Below, one piece after another: positions 1-27,415 of a stretch of DNA of 64,000 nt. How positions within the stretch are numbered: position 1 is the stretch's first letter; each line of letters begins with the position of its first letter. The stretch lies in NCBI RefSeq assembly GCF_009914755.1, contig NC_060944.1, one strand, 5' to 3'. This stretch comes from the human T2T-CHM13v2.0 reference genome, Homo sapiens. The notes under the pieces were generated by a model. The model was not told the DNA's origin. It made no database searches and saw nothing but the letters and a program-made list of their open reading frames with translations. A program made the translations under genes and the position numbers.

Positions 1-325
1 GCCAGAACCAGGGTGTGGGCAGGGCTGCACTCCCTCTAGAGGCTCTAGGGGAGGATCCTTCCTGCTTCCTCCAGCTTCCGGTGGCTCCAAGCATTCCTGG
101 GCTTGTGGTCACATCACTCCAGTCTCTGTCTTCTCCTGACCTTCTCCCTGTGTGTCTGTGTCCTCTCCTTTTATAAGGATACCAGTCATTGGATTCAAGA
201 CCTCCCTAAATCCAAAACGATTTCATCATGAGATCCTTTACCAATTATGTCTGCAAAGCCCCTGCTTCCAGATAAGGTCACATCCTCATGTTCTGGTGGA
301 TATGGTTTGAGGGGACACTATTCAA
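1..325 (-). mobile_element. MaLR LTR fragment (MLT1B/C-like)
   Basis: Characteristic MLT1 text (ggctctaggggaggatccttcctgc...ccagcttccggtggct; tataaggataccagtcattggatt; ccagataaggtcacat). Subfamily by eye. Confidence 0.75.
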
Positions 326-1281
326 GCTAGTATACGGGATGGCTACTTACTGTTCACTTACAGGGAGACCTTTGGTAAGAGGCACTTAGCCTGGCCCCTT
401 CACCCTGGGACACAAGTCTGGGGAGGCTGGAGCCTGAGACAGTAGCCTGTGACTTGAGAGTTCCGGAGTAGAGAAGTCCACTGGCCAAGACACCTCCAAC
501 CCCTGCCCTGCTTTCCCAAGAAAATGAGGATTCTCAGATCTGCTCGGCCAGGACTCTCTCGCCAGGGTCAGGGCTTGGCCAGGCACTAGCATTAATCAGG
601 CCTGACACGTGATCAAGGGCCAGGTGGAGCCTGTTGTACAGATGAGGGGGGACTGGAGCTTGAAGTTAAGTCAGCAGCCCAGGTTTCATTCTTGGAAGGG
701 GCAGAAACCTTGGACTTGGACCCCAAAGCTGGCAGAGCTGGCACTGCGCAGTTGACCAGCCCATGCATCCACACACCAGGCGCCACGGATTAGATGCCTG
801 CTCACTAAATTATAGTCAAGAGTCAGGCCTGCTTCCTCCCTGAAATTGACCCAGATCTCCCAAGCGGGGCTGTCTGCAAACTCTTGAGTGACTCATTTAC
901 AACAGCCTCTTGGCTGACTCCCACAAATGGCTAACCATAGCCATCGCGGATGGATTTTACTAGCTTAACTCAGACAGCAGCGCATTTCAAAGCTCAGGAG
1001 TAAACGGCGTTGTCCTGATGGCACTCCAACAAGTCAGCCTTCCTGGGACGCTTCCTCCTTCCCAAGGTGCAAGCAAGAAATGACCTTTCCGGTGAGAGAA
1101 GCCTGTGGCCTCTAGACTCCTCCCTAACCTGGAAAGGTGCAACGCTACTGGGCTCCACTTTCTAAGCACGAGGTCCACCCAGGAGTTTCTTAGGAGTGCT
1201 ATTGTTGCTTTGGTTACTTCCTAAAATAACTTTCCCCATATTCTGTTCACATACCCAGTTTATAAAACCCAAGCACCTCCT

Positions 1282-1553
1282 GGCTGGGCGCAGTGGCTCA
1301 CACCTATAATCCCAGCACTTTGGGAGGCCAAGGTGGCCAGATCATCTGAGGTTCAAGACCAGCCTGGCCAACGTGGCAAAAGCCCATCTCTACAAAAATA
1401 CAAACTGTAGCCGGGCATGATGGCAAGTGCCAGTAGTTCCAGCTACTGAGCCCAGGAGGTAGAGGTTGCAGTGAGCTGAGATTGTGCCATTGCAATCCAG
1501 CCTGGGTGATAGAGGAAGACACTGCCCCCCTGCCAAAAACAAAAACAAAAAAA
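1282..1553 (+). mobile_element. Alu SINE
   Basis: ggctgggcgcagtggctcacacctataatcccagcactttgggagg start, A-rich tail. Confidence 0.9.
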
Positions 1554-1831
1554 CCACCTTCCTAAAAACCTTTAGTTCCATTGCAGGTGCTTTGGAAGAT
1601 TTAACAAACCACAGGTTTGTCATTGGTAAAGTTTGCTCAGTAAGCATAGTTAGGATGGGACATATAAAGCTAAGATAATAGATGCTGACCATCAAGCGTC
1701 AATTTGAGTGTAAAAAATGAAACTTTTAAAGTAAGACCCTTTACAAGAGCATCAAAAACCAAATACCTGAATATCAAACTAACAAAAAGAAATGTAAGAC
1801 CTATAGTCAGAAGATTGTAAACCATGATTGA

Positions 1832-3372
<1,541 letters not shown>

Positions 3373-3775
3373 GAGTCAGAGGCTCAATATTGTAAAAATG
3401 TCATTTCTCCCAAAATGATCTACAGATTGTACACAAAATGAATATTTAAATCCAAGCTTTTTTATTTATTTATTTACAGAAATGGACAAGCTGGGCTTCT
3501 GTTTCCGGTATGGTGGAGTAAACGCCTATTGAACTAACCCTTCCAAAGGCAGCACTATAAACTCTGGGCAAAATAGGAAACAACACTTACCTGAAGTCAC
3601 CAGAGCGTGAACACAGCAGGCACATTCTGAAGGTGTCAACACTTGGAAGAGGAAAACGGTACCGGGTTTTCACAGCTCCTAGACTAAAGTCAGGTAACAG
3701 GCCATGCCATGCAGGGCAAATAAAACTCCAATAAAAAGCCATAGGTTTTTCTGGCTAGAAAAGCTAGAAGACAAG

Positions 3776-4323
3776 TGTGATGGTTAATATTGAGTGTCAA
3801 CCTGATTGGCTTGAAGGATGGAAAATATTGATCCTGGGTGTGTCTGTGAGGATGTTTCCAAAGAAGATTAACATTTGAGTCAGTGGACTGGGAGAGGCAG
3901 CCCCACCCTCAATGTGAGTGAGCACCATCTAATCAGCTGCCAGCATGGCTAGAATAAAGCAGGCAGAAGAAGGAGGAATGAGCAGACTTGCTGAGTTCTG
4001 GCCTCCATTTTTCTCCTGTGCTGGATGCTTCCTGCCCTCAAACATCAGACTCCACGTTCTTTGGCTTTTGGACTCTTGGCCTTTGTGATTTGCCAGGGGC
4101 TCTCAGGCCTTCACCCACAGACTGAAGGCTGCACCGTCGGCTTCCCTACTTTTGAGGTTTTGGGACTCAGACTGATCCACTACTGACTTCCTTGCTCCTC
4201 AACTTGCAGACAGCATATTGTGGAACTTTACCTTGTGATGATGTGAGTCAGTTCTCCTTAATAAACTCCCCTTCCTATATACAACTATCCTATTCTGTCC
4301 CTCTAGAGAACGCTGATCATACA
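3776..4323 (+). mobile_element. ERV-L LTR (MLT2A-like)
   Basis: Starts tgtgatggttaatattgagtgtcaac and ends ctctagagaacgctgatcataca, followed by PBS-region tggtaccagaagtgg. Confidence 0.9.
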
Positions 4324-4342
4324 GTACATTGGTACCAGAAGT

Positions 4343-4889
4343 GGGGTGATCAGCCAGCTACTTGGTGGCGGGTTGATTATATTGAAACTCTTCCACCATG
4401 GAAAGGGCTGTGGTTTGTCCTCACCAGTATAGACACTTACTCCAGATATGGGTTTGCCTATCCTGCACTCAATGCTTCTACCAAGACTACCATCCGTGGA
4501 CTCACAGAATGCCTTATCCACCATCATGGTATTCCATACAGCATTGCCTCTTACCAAGGTACTCACTTTACAGCTAAAGAAGGGCAGCAGTGGACTCAGG
4601 CTCGTGGAATTCACTGCTTGTACCACATTCCCCACCATCCCAAAGCAGCTGGATTGATTGAATGGTGGAATGGCCTTTTGAAGTCACGGTCACAATGGCA
4701 ACTAGGTGAGAATACTTTGCAAGACTGGGGCAGAGTTCTCCAGAAGGCCATGCATGCTCTGAATCAGCATCCGACATATGGTACTGTTTCTCCCATAGCC
4801 AGGATGCACAGGACCAGAAATCAAGGGGTGGAAATGGAAGTGGCACCACTCACCATCACCCCTAGTGACCCACTAGCAAACTTTTTGCT
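4343..4889 (+). mobile_element. HERV-L internal remnant: integrase catalytic core, non-functional
   Basis: ORF 4192..4914 contains GDQPATWWRVDYI...IDTYSRYGFAYP...GIPYSIASYQGTHFTA...AGLIEWWNGLLK, a retroviral rve integrase. No 3' LTR is seen. Confidence 0.9.
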
Positions 4890-5122
4890 AGTTGAACTAA
4901 CCACAACCTCTTGAAAGTATGGGAGCATCGCAGAAAGGAGAGAGCTGCAGATCCAAATTCTGTTGATACTCTTTGTCTAAATCTCTAGTTGAGCACTGAA
5001 CTACATGTATGGGACAGACTCCAAGCAGCTCGACCTAGAATAAAACAACAGAAATGAGATTTGAGCCACTGTCCAAGGGACTGGGTTTGCAGTCTCAGTT
5101 CCATCAAGCCGATTGTTTGCTA

Positions 5123-5123
<1 letters not shown>

Positions 5124-5163
<40 letters not shown>
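5124..5163 (+). repeat. (CA)20 microsatellite
   Basis: Uninterrupted CA run read directly. Confidence 0.97.
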
Positions 5164-5166
<3 letters not shown>

Positions 5167-5179
5167 CAATGCTCTACTC

Positions 5180-11216
<6,037 letters not shown>

Positions 11217-11890
11217 AGAGAGCTCACTCACTGCGGCTTCAACCTCCTGGGCTCAAGTGATCCTCTCCCCTCAGCTTCCCGAGTAGTTGGGACCGCAAGT
11301 GTATGCCAAGAACTCTTTGTGTCTTGCAGGATTGAAACTCTACACCCATTAAACACTAACTCCTCATTCTCTCTCCCTGAACATATCTTTTCCAGTGACA
11401 CTATTCAACCTTCCCCAGAGCACCACATTTTCATTTTGCACCAGCCTCTGCAAATTCTGGAACTGCTCCTGGCTCACATCTACTGCCAAGTCCTCCTGTG
11501 TCTATGGGAGAAGAGTCATCCCTGTCCACAATGACATGTGTGCCTTCACACTGGGGCAAGTGTTAAGGAAAAATGGGTAACTTGAGTGCCACATACACCA
11601 CATCCAGCTCGCAAGAACCAGCTGTTGTGTCTCTTCCCAACGCCATGTTCAGTGACATCACACTGACAGCTTGAAACCAGCCAGGGTGGGGGCATTTCCA
11701 CCAAGGACGTTGGCAGACGCTATGCCTCGGGGGGCATTGGCAGACACTATGCTTCGGGGCTTTTTTTCCTTAGGGAGACAGTTATTAAACACTTAGCAGT
11801 ACCCACCTAGATAGTCAATGTCTGACTCTAGAGCCTCACAGTTTGCTTGAGGTAGTAAAACCTACAAGTCTTAAATAACTTATGAATGTT

Positions 11891-12579
11891 GGCCAGGTGC
11901 GGTGGCTCATGCCTGTAATCCCAGCACTTAGGGAGGCCGAGGCAGGCAGATCACAGGGTCAGGAGATCGAGAAAATCCTGGCTAACATGATGAAACCCCG
12001 TCTCTACTAAAAATACAAAAAATAGTTAGCCGGATGTGGTGGCGGGCGCCCATAGTCCCAGCTACTCGGGAGGCTGAGGCAGGAGAATGGTGTGAAGCCG
12101 GGAGGCGGAGCTTGCAGTGAGATTGCACCACTGCACTCCAGCCTGGGAGACAGAGCAAGACTCCATCTGAAAAAAAAAAAAAAAAAAAAAAGAATGTCGA
12201 TGAGGCCACTTTTGGATTATATCCAAAAGAAGTGAAAGCAGCATCTCGAAGAGATATTTTCACGCTCATGTTCATAGCAGCTTTATTATTATTTTTTTTG
12301 AGATGGAGTCTTGCTCTGTCACCCAGGCTGGAGTGCAGCAGCATGAACTCGACTCACTGCAACCTCCGCCTCCCAGGTTTAAGTGATTCTCCTGCCTCAG
12401 CCTCCTGAGTAGCTGGGATTACAAGCGTGTACCACACGCCCGGCTAATTTTTGTATTTTCGGTAGAGACAGGGTTCCACCATGTTGGTCAGGCTGGTCTC
12501 GAACTCCTGACCTCGTGATTCGCCTGCCTTGGCCTCCCAAAGTGTTGGGATTACAGGCATGAGCCACCGTGCCTGGCCT
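11891..12579. mobile_element. Two Alus in tail-to-tail orientation inside an L1M 3' fragment (L1 continues to ~13030)
   Basis: Sense Alu 11891-12192, antisense Alu ~12285-12579, surrounded by L1 3' text (atgttcatagcagc...; ggttaccagg...agagtttcagt). Confidence 0.85.
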
Positions 12580-13299
12580 CATAGCAGCATTATTTACGAT
12601 AGCCAAGAGGTGGAAGCAACCCAACGGTCCAACTATAGATGAAATGGAGAAGGAAAATGTGCAGTGGAATATTATTAAGCCCTGAAAAGGAAGGAAATTC
12701 GGACACACCCTTCAGCAAGGATCAACCGTGAGGCTGCTATGCTGTGAAATAAGCCGGGCACAAAAAGGCGAATGCTGTGAGTCCACTTACATGAGTTATC
12801 GAAAGCACTCAAATTGACGGAAACAGACAGTAGAATGGTGGTTACCAGGCAAGGCAGGGAGGGTGAAATGGAGAGCTTTGAATGGGTGTAGAGTTTCAGT
12901 GTTTCAAGATGAACAAGTCCTGGGGATCTGTTGCACAGCAACGTGAATATGCTCACTGTTCCCCAACTTACACTTGAAACTGGTTATGATGGTAAATTTT
13001 GTCTTTATTCTTAACTACAATTTTTAAAAATGTTGATGAGAGACTGCTGGTCTGGGAATTCAGGAAACGTGGGTTTTGGTCCACATTCTACCATTTCCTG
13101 GTGGCCTTAGGCAGGTCACTTGCCAGCTCTGGACTCTGGTTTCCTTCTCAAACAAAATAAGGGTTTTGTTTTAGGTTTTCCAGCTCAGAAAGCTGAGTCT
13201 GCTCAGAAGAGCTGGACATTCCCTCACTGTCTTTCATTCAAGTGTGACATATTCCGACAAGTGACATACATCAACACATTCTCTCAAACCAAACATACC

Positions 13300-14037
<738 letters not shown>

Positions 14038-14247
14038 CGTCTGGCCAGCACTTACCTTTCACCTTTTTGACAGTAGCCTTTCTAACAGGCATTCGGGCAT
14101 CCGTCTTACCCAATTTCAGTGTACGAGTAGCATTAAGTACATTCATAATGGTATCACTGCCTCACCATCATCCATCTCTAGAGGCTTTTCATCTTTTAAT
14201 TTTGTTTCAGAGACAGAGTCTCACTCTGTTGCCCAGGCTGGAGTGCA

Positions 14248-14715
14248 CCTCTTTCTCTCTCCCTCTCTCTTTCTCTCCGTCTCTCTGCCTCTCTTTCTCT
14301 CTCCCCTTCTTCTTCTCTCCCTCCCTCTCTCCCCTTCTTTTTCTTTCCTTCCCTCTCTCCCCTCCTCTTTCTCCTTCTCTCTCTCTCTCTCTCTCTCTCC
14401 CTCTCTCTCCCTCTCTCCTGCTTCCGGATTGGGACACCTTTCCTCTGCCTGCCCTTGGACATCAGACTCCAGGTCGTTTGGCTTTGGGATCTGGGACTTG
14501 CAGTGGGGCCTCACAGGGCTCCTGGGTCTTTGGCCTCAGATTGGTGACTGCAATCTGAGGTTCCAAGTTCCAAGGCCTCCGGGCTTGGACTGAGCCCGCC
14601 GCCAGGCTCCCCGGTTCTCCGGCTTGCAGACTCCTTGACCTCTAGGAGACAAGTCCCCTATCAAACCCCTCACCTCTCCATGGCTCTGTCTCTCTGGAGA
14701 ACCCTGGCTGAAGCA
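14248..14715 (+). mobile_element. 3' half of an MLT2-type LTR beginning in a CT-rich simple repeat (14248-14418)
   Basis: ctgcccttggacatcagactccagg...gggcttggactgagcc...ctctctggagaaccctgg. The 5' half is absent. Confidence 0.75.
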
Positions 14716-15105
14716 CTCCTGGAAGCAGAGAGGAGAATGGTGGGCACCCAAGGGCAGGCGGGAAAGGGAAACCTCACTCAAAGGACAAGAAGTCTCTGCC
14801 GGATGGACAGCAGGGCGACTCGAGTGAGAAATAACGCATTACAGATTCCCAAACTGCCAAAAAGTGGGTTTGCCATTTTCTCACCACAGAGACAGGATAA
14901 GTTTGTGAGGTGATAGATGTATGAATTAGCCCGATTTGATCATCCGCCATGTATACATGTCTGAAAACATCACTTTGTACCCCATAAATATATACAATTA
15001 TTTGTCAATAAAAAATAAAATCTTTGCAAACATGGTTAAGATGACACATTTTATGTCACATGTATTTTACCATAATAAAAAAAATCAGAAAATAAATAAG
15101 TGCTA

Positions 15106-15303
<198 letters not shown>

Positions 15304-15709
15304 CTACAAAAAATACAAAAATTAGCCAGGCGTGGTGGCACCTGCCTGTGGTCCCAGCTACTCGGGAGGATGAGGCAGGAGAATCACTTGAGCCCAGGGA
15401 GGTCGAGGCTGCAGTGAGTTGAGATCGCACCACTGCACTCCAGCCTGGGTGACAGCGTGAGACCCTGTCTCAAATAAAATAATAAACATTAAAAAATTAA
15501 AGTGTTCAAATTTACAGAAACAGAAAGTAGAATGCGGTTACCAGGGATTGGGGAGAGGGAAAAGTGGGGAGCTGTTTTTTAATGGACATAAAGTTGCAGT
15601 TTTTCAAGATTGTCTATCTATAGATAAAGATATTGACAAAGATATAGATAAAGATATTGACATAGATATAGGTATTGATATAGATAAAGATATTGATATA
15701 GATATAGGT

Positions 15710-16118
15710 GTCTCCAAGTCCTGACAGCATGGTTCCTGCGAATGTGGCCTTATTTGGAAATAGGGTCTCTAGACGTAATTAAGGATGTTGAGATAAGATC
15801 ATCCCGGACTAGAGTGGGCCCTAAATCCAGTGGCTGGAGTTCTTCTAAGAGGAGGCCGGGGGAGATTTGACACAGAAATACACAGCAGGAGCATCTTACG
15901 GACAGAGGCAGGGGCAGGTGCTGCTGCCCCCAGCCAAGGAGCGCCCAGGGTTGCCAAAGGCACCAGAAGCTAGGAGAGCCTGGGCCAGATTCTCCTCGGA
16001 GCCTCCAGAAGGAGCTGACACCCTGATTTTGGACTTCCAGCCTCCAGAACCGTGAGAGATGAAGGTCTGCTGTTTTAAGCCACCAGCTTGTGGTGATTTG
16101 TCACAGCAGCCCCAGGTC
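15710..16118 (+). mobile_element. MaLR LTR (MLT1C-like)
   Basis: ccttatttggaaatagggtct...gggccctaaatcc...ttggacttccagcctccagaaccgtgagag...ttgtcacagcagcc. Confidence 0.8.
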
Positions 16119-16193
16119 ACGCTGAAGGCTCCTTGTTCAAATGTCACGGAGGATTTCAAGGCGGGGTCAGCAGATGCGGATGGGGCCTGGTGA

Positions 16194-16640
<447 letters not shown>

Positions 16641-16888
16641 TAGCCAGGATGGTCTCGATCTCCTGACCTCGTGATCCACCCGCCTCGGCCTCCCAATGTG
16701 CTGGGATTACAGGCGTGAGCCACCGCACCCAGCCATGTTACTTTTTCAATGATGTTTTTAAAACCTCGTTTAAACAGCTTGGTTCCCTGTGAAGGAGTCT
16801 TTGGACGAGGAGGAGTGGCCGCCAGGAAGTTCGCATTTTGCATGATATTTTGATGTTTTACCAGGAGAAGATGGTCTTGTGTGATTTA

Positions 16889-17053
<165 letters not shown>

Positions 17054-18353
17054 TTAGCTGGGCATGGTGGCGCATACTTGTAATCCCAGCTACTCAGGAG
17101 GCTGAGGCAGGAGAATTGCTTGAACCCAAGAGGCGGAGGTTGCAGTGGGCAGAGGTTGCAGTGAGCCAAGATCGCACCATTGCACTCCAGCCTGGGCAAC
17201 AGAGCAAGACTCTGTCTCAAAAAAAGAACAACAATAACAACAAAAAACCCAGAAAATGAAAAAGAAATGCTGTTAATGAAGTTTGAACACTGATGGCAGA
17301 AAGACTCTGTGTCTTAAGATCAAGCGACTGCTGCATTTCAAACTGTCCACACTCCTCCAACTTCCCACACCACCGCAAAACCCTCTCTCCTGACCCTCCA
17401 CCTTGGTCCCCACTCATCTGAGAAGGGAGAGGTTGTCAAACACCCTGGCCCTCTGCTCCCACCATGATGAGTGGATCTGCATCTGGTCTGTCCTTGCCTT
17501 CTTTCTGCCTGTTAGGACGGAGGAGGTGGACTTCTCTCCACCCATGGGATCCCTCGAGGGTGACATGGAAGCTGGGCACACAGAGAGACTGGGGTCACAC
17601 AGAGGCGGGGGCCTGGGGTTTCACAGAGGCTGGACAGGCTTCCAGGGAGCAGAAATCAACCATCCTCATGGTGCCCTGCCCGGATCCCTGATCCACAGAA
17701 ACAGAGAGGATAAAATGGTTGCTGTCTTACCTGCTAAGTTTGGGGGTGAGTGGTTGTGTGTCAGTAGGTAGCAGGCACCCCTCACTCTCTAACAACAACA
17801 CCTCTGTCTCCACTTCTAGCCGTTGGGATTTACGAAGAAAGCTCAGTATTAATCACTGCTAGGCACAGAGCGCCTTGGAAAGGGAACCCCTCAGGTTCCC
17901 GCAGAAAAGTGTTTTAGGGGTCTCTGAGACCACCGGCCCATCCAGTAGGGAGCGGAGGCTCATAGCTCCTGAAGGCAGTAAAACCTGGGTAGGCACAGCA
18001 GCCAGTTCTTGCCTCAAGAAGGAAGGAGAGACACAGTCCTTGGGACCCCAGCCCAGCCAAGGTCGGGATGAGGGCAGCAGCCACATCCCTTCCAAGAATT
18101 TGGGGGTCTTTAAAGAACGACTGAGGATGTTACATTGGGTGGGGAGCCCACAGGCTGCAAAGGAAACAGACCCGAACGAACAACGCAACAGCTGTGTCCA
18201 TTGCAACTCAGGCTGCGGCAAACATCTGAGAACCATCCAACCCTGCTGAGACCAGGGGCGGAGCCTGGCTTACCGCACCGGGACAAGCTGCTCTTGCCCA
18301 GCTTGCCCTGCTGGTTTGCCCCAGCCCCACGAAAGGCAAGAGGGGAGATGCAA

Positions 18354-19255
18354 AACACACTCACACACACTTCTGCTCCCAAGCACTCACTCTCATACTC
18401 ATCTACACACGCACTCCCACATGTTCCTGTACACTCACCTGCACACGCACTCACACATGCTCCTATACGCTCACCTGCACACGCACACGCACACGCTCCT
18501 GTACACCCACCTGCACACGCACTCACACGCACTCCTGTACACTCACCTGCACGCTTACCCACACATGCTCTATACACTCACCTGCATGCACTCACACGCG
18601 CTCCTATACACTCACCTGCACACGCACTCACACAAGCTCTTGTACACTCACCTGCACACGCACTCACACAAGCTCTTGTACACTCACCTGCAGACTCACC
18701 CACACACGCTCCTGTACACTCACCTGCATGCACTCACATGTACTCCTGTACACTCACCTGCACACTCACCTGCACACGCACGCACACGTGCTCCTGTACA
18801 CTCACCTGCATGCACACACATGCGCTCCTGTACGCTCACCTGCACTCACTCACATGCACTCCTGTACACTCACCTGCAGACGCACCCACACGCGCTCCTG
18901 TACACTCACCTGCATGCACACACACGCGCTCCTGTACACTCACCTACACACACTCACATGCACTCCTGTACACTAACGTATACATGCACTCACACACGCT
19001 CCTGTACACTCACCTGCACACACACATGCTCCTGTACACTCACCTGCACATACACACACACTCCTGTACACTCATCTGCATGCACTCACACACGCTCTTG
19101 TACACTCATCAGCACACACACTCACATGCACTCCTGTACACTCACCTGCACACGCATTCACACACGCTCCTGTACACTCACCTGCATGCACTCACATGTG
19201 CTCTTGTACATTCACCCGCACTCCTGTATACTCAGTTGCACACATACTCACACAT
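18354..19255 (+). repeat. CA-rich minisatellite/VNTR, 32-36 bp unit, about 25 copies
   Basis: Recurrent unit ctcctgtacactcacctgcacacgcactcacacatg, which produces 12-aa periodic peptides in the ORF track. Confidence 0.95.
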
Positions 19256-19337
19256 CCTCCTGTGTGTATGACTGACTGTATATGTGAGCTATATGTACAT
19301 GTGTGTTCACACACACACACACACACACACACAGATA

Positions 19338-22586
<3,249 letters not shown>

Positions 22587-22644
22587 TATATGTATATACC
22601 TCCTATTGGCACCATTTCGCTGGAAAACCCTGATTAACACAGAA

Positions 22645-25040
<2,396 letters not shown>

Positions 25041-25233
25041 GGTGAGCTAAACGAAGTCTCTCACTAAGGGAAGCCATCAAGAAAGCTTCCTGGGGCTCAG
25101 AGTGTTAGTTCTATTCTACCTCTTGGGTGGTGTGTTGGGTGCATGGGTGTGCACTTTCTTCTTATTTTTTTTTTAGTTGCATGTGTGATATATATACTCT
25201 TTTATACACACTCTGATATATGTAATCTTTTAA

Positions 25234-25356
<123 letters not shown>

Positions 25357-25394
25357 TAGCTGGGATTACAGGTGGGTGCCACCACGCCCAGTGA

Positions 25395-25762
<368 letters not shown>

Positions 25763-26358
25763 TAGCCAGGATGGTCTCGATCTCCTGACCTTGTGATCAG
25801 CCCACCTCGGCCTCCCGAAGTGCTGGGATTACAGACGTGAGCCACCGCGTCCGGCCTAGAAACATTTAACATTAAACAGTAAAGCAGATGCTCACATGCA
25901 CAGACTTGCGTATGTGCCTGCACCTGCACAGGTGTGCACACAGGTGTGCCCAGCCTCTCTCAGGAGCTCTGCCAGCAGGTGTCAGTGGGACCCAGCCGCC
26001 TGCATATTCTGCAAAGGTCATTCAGATGATTCTCACAGCCCCCGAGATTGAGACCTCCTGCTCTACAACAAAAGGTGCTCGTGCTCTCAAATCTTTTCCC
26101 TCAGGTTTCCCAAAATGAGGGATAATTGAAACACATCATTTGCTCTTCGCATGAGAAGCAAAAGTGAGTAACGTGCTGTACGAGGCTAGAATTAATGAAG
26201 AGGCTCATGAATGTAATCTCATACATTAAAACCTTTCCCAAATTCATGTCAATCTGCATTGTAATGTTCATATTTTATAAAATGGGGTGTGGGGTTCAGA
26301 AACAGTTTGCAAAATGAATGTCCTGCCTCGATAAGCCAGGCACATTTTTTTTTTTTCA

Positions 26359-26865
<507 letters not shown>

Positions 26866-26979
26866 TTACACAATTAAAAAAAAAATTAGCCAGGCATGAT
26901 GGTACACACCTGTAGTCCCAGCTACTCAGTAGGATGAAGTGGGAGGATCGCTGTAGGTCAGGAGTTCAAGACTAGCCTA

Positions 26980-27415
<436 letters not shown>

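Noticed and set aside
15615-15708. AT-rich 18-bp quasi-repeat (tatagataaagatattga)
   Set aside because: It is a short low-complexity slippage tract between L1 and MLT1 remnants with no further structure.
18354-19255. CRISPR-like array (~36-bp periodicity)
   Set aside because: Units are degenerate head-to-tail tandem copies with no unique spacers, there are no cas genes, and the DNA is eukaryotic.
18135-19275. 378-aa and 319-aa His/Thr/Pro-rich ORFs
   Set aside because: They are translations of the C/A-rich VNTR, which lacks stops by composition. Overlapping frames are open and there is no splice or promoter context.
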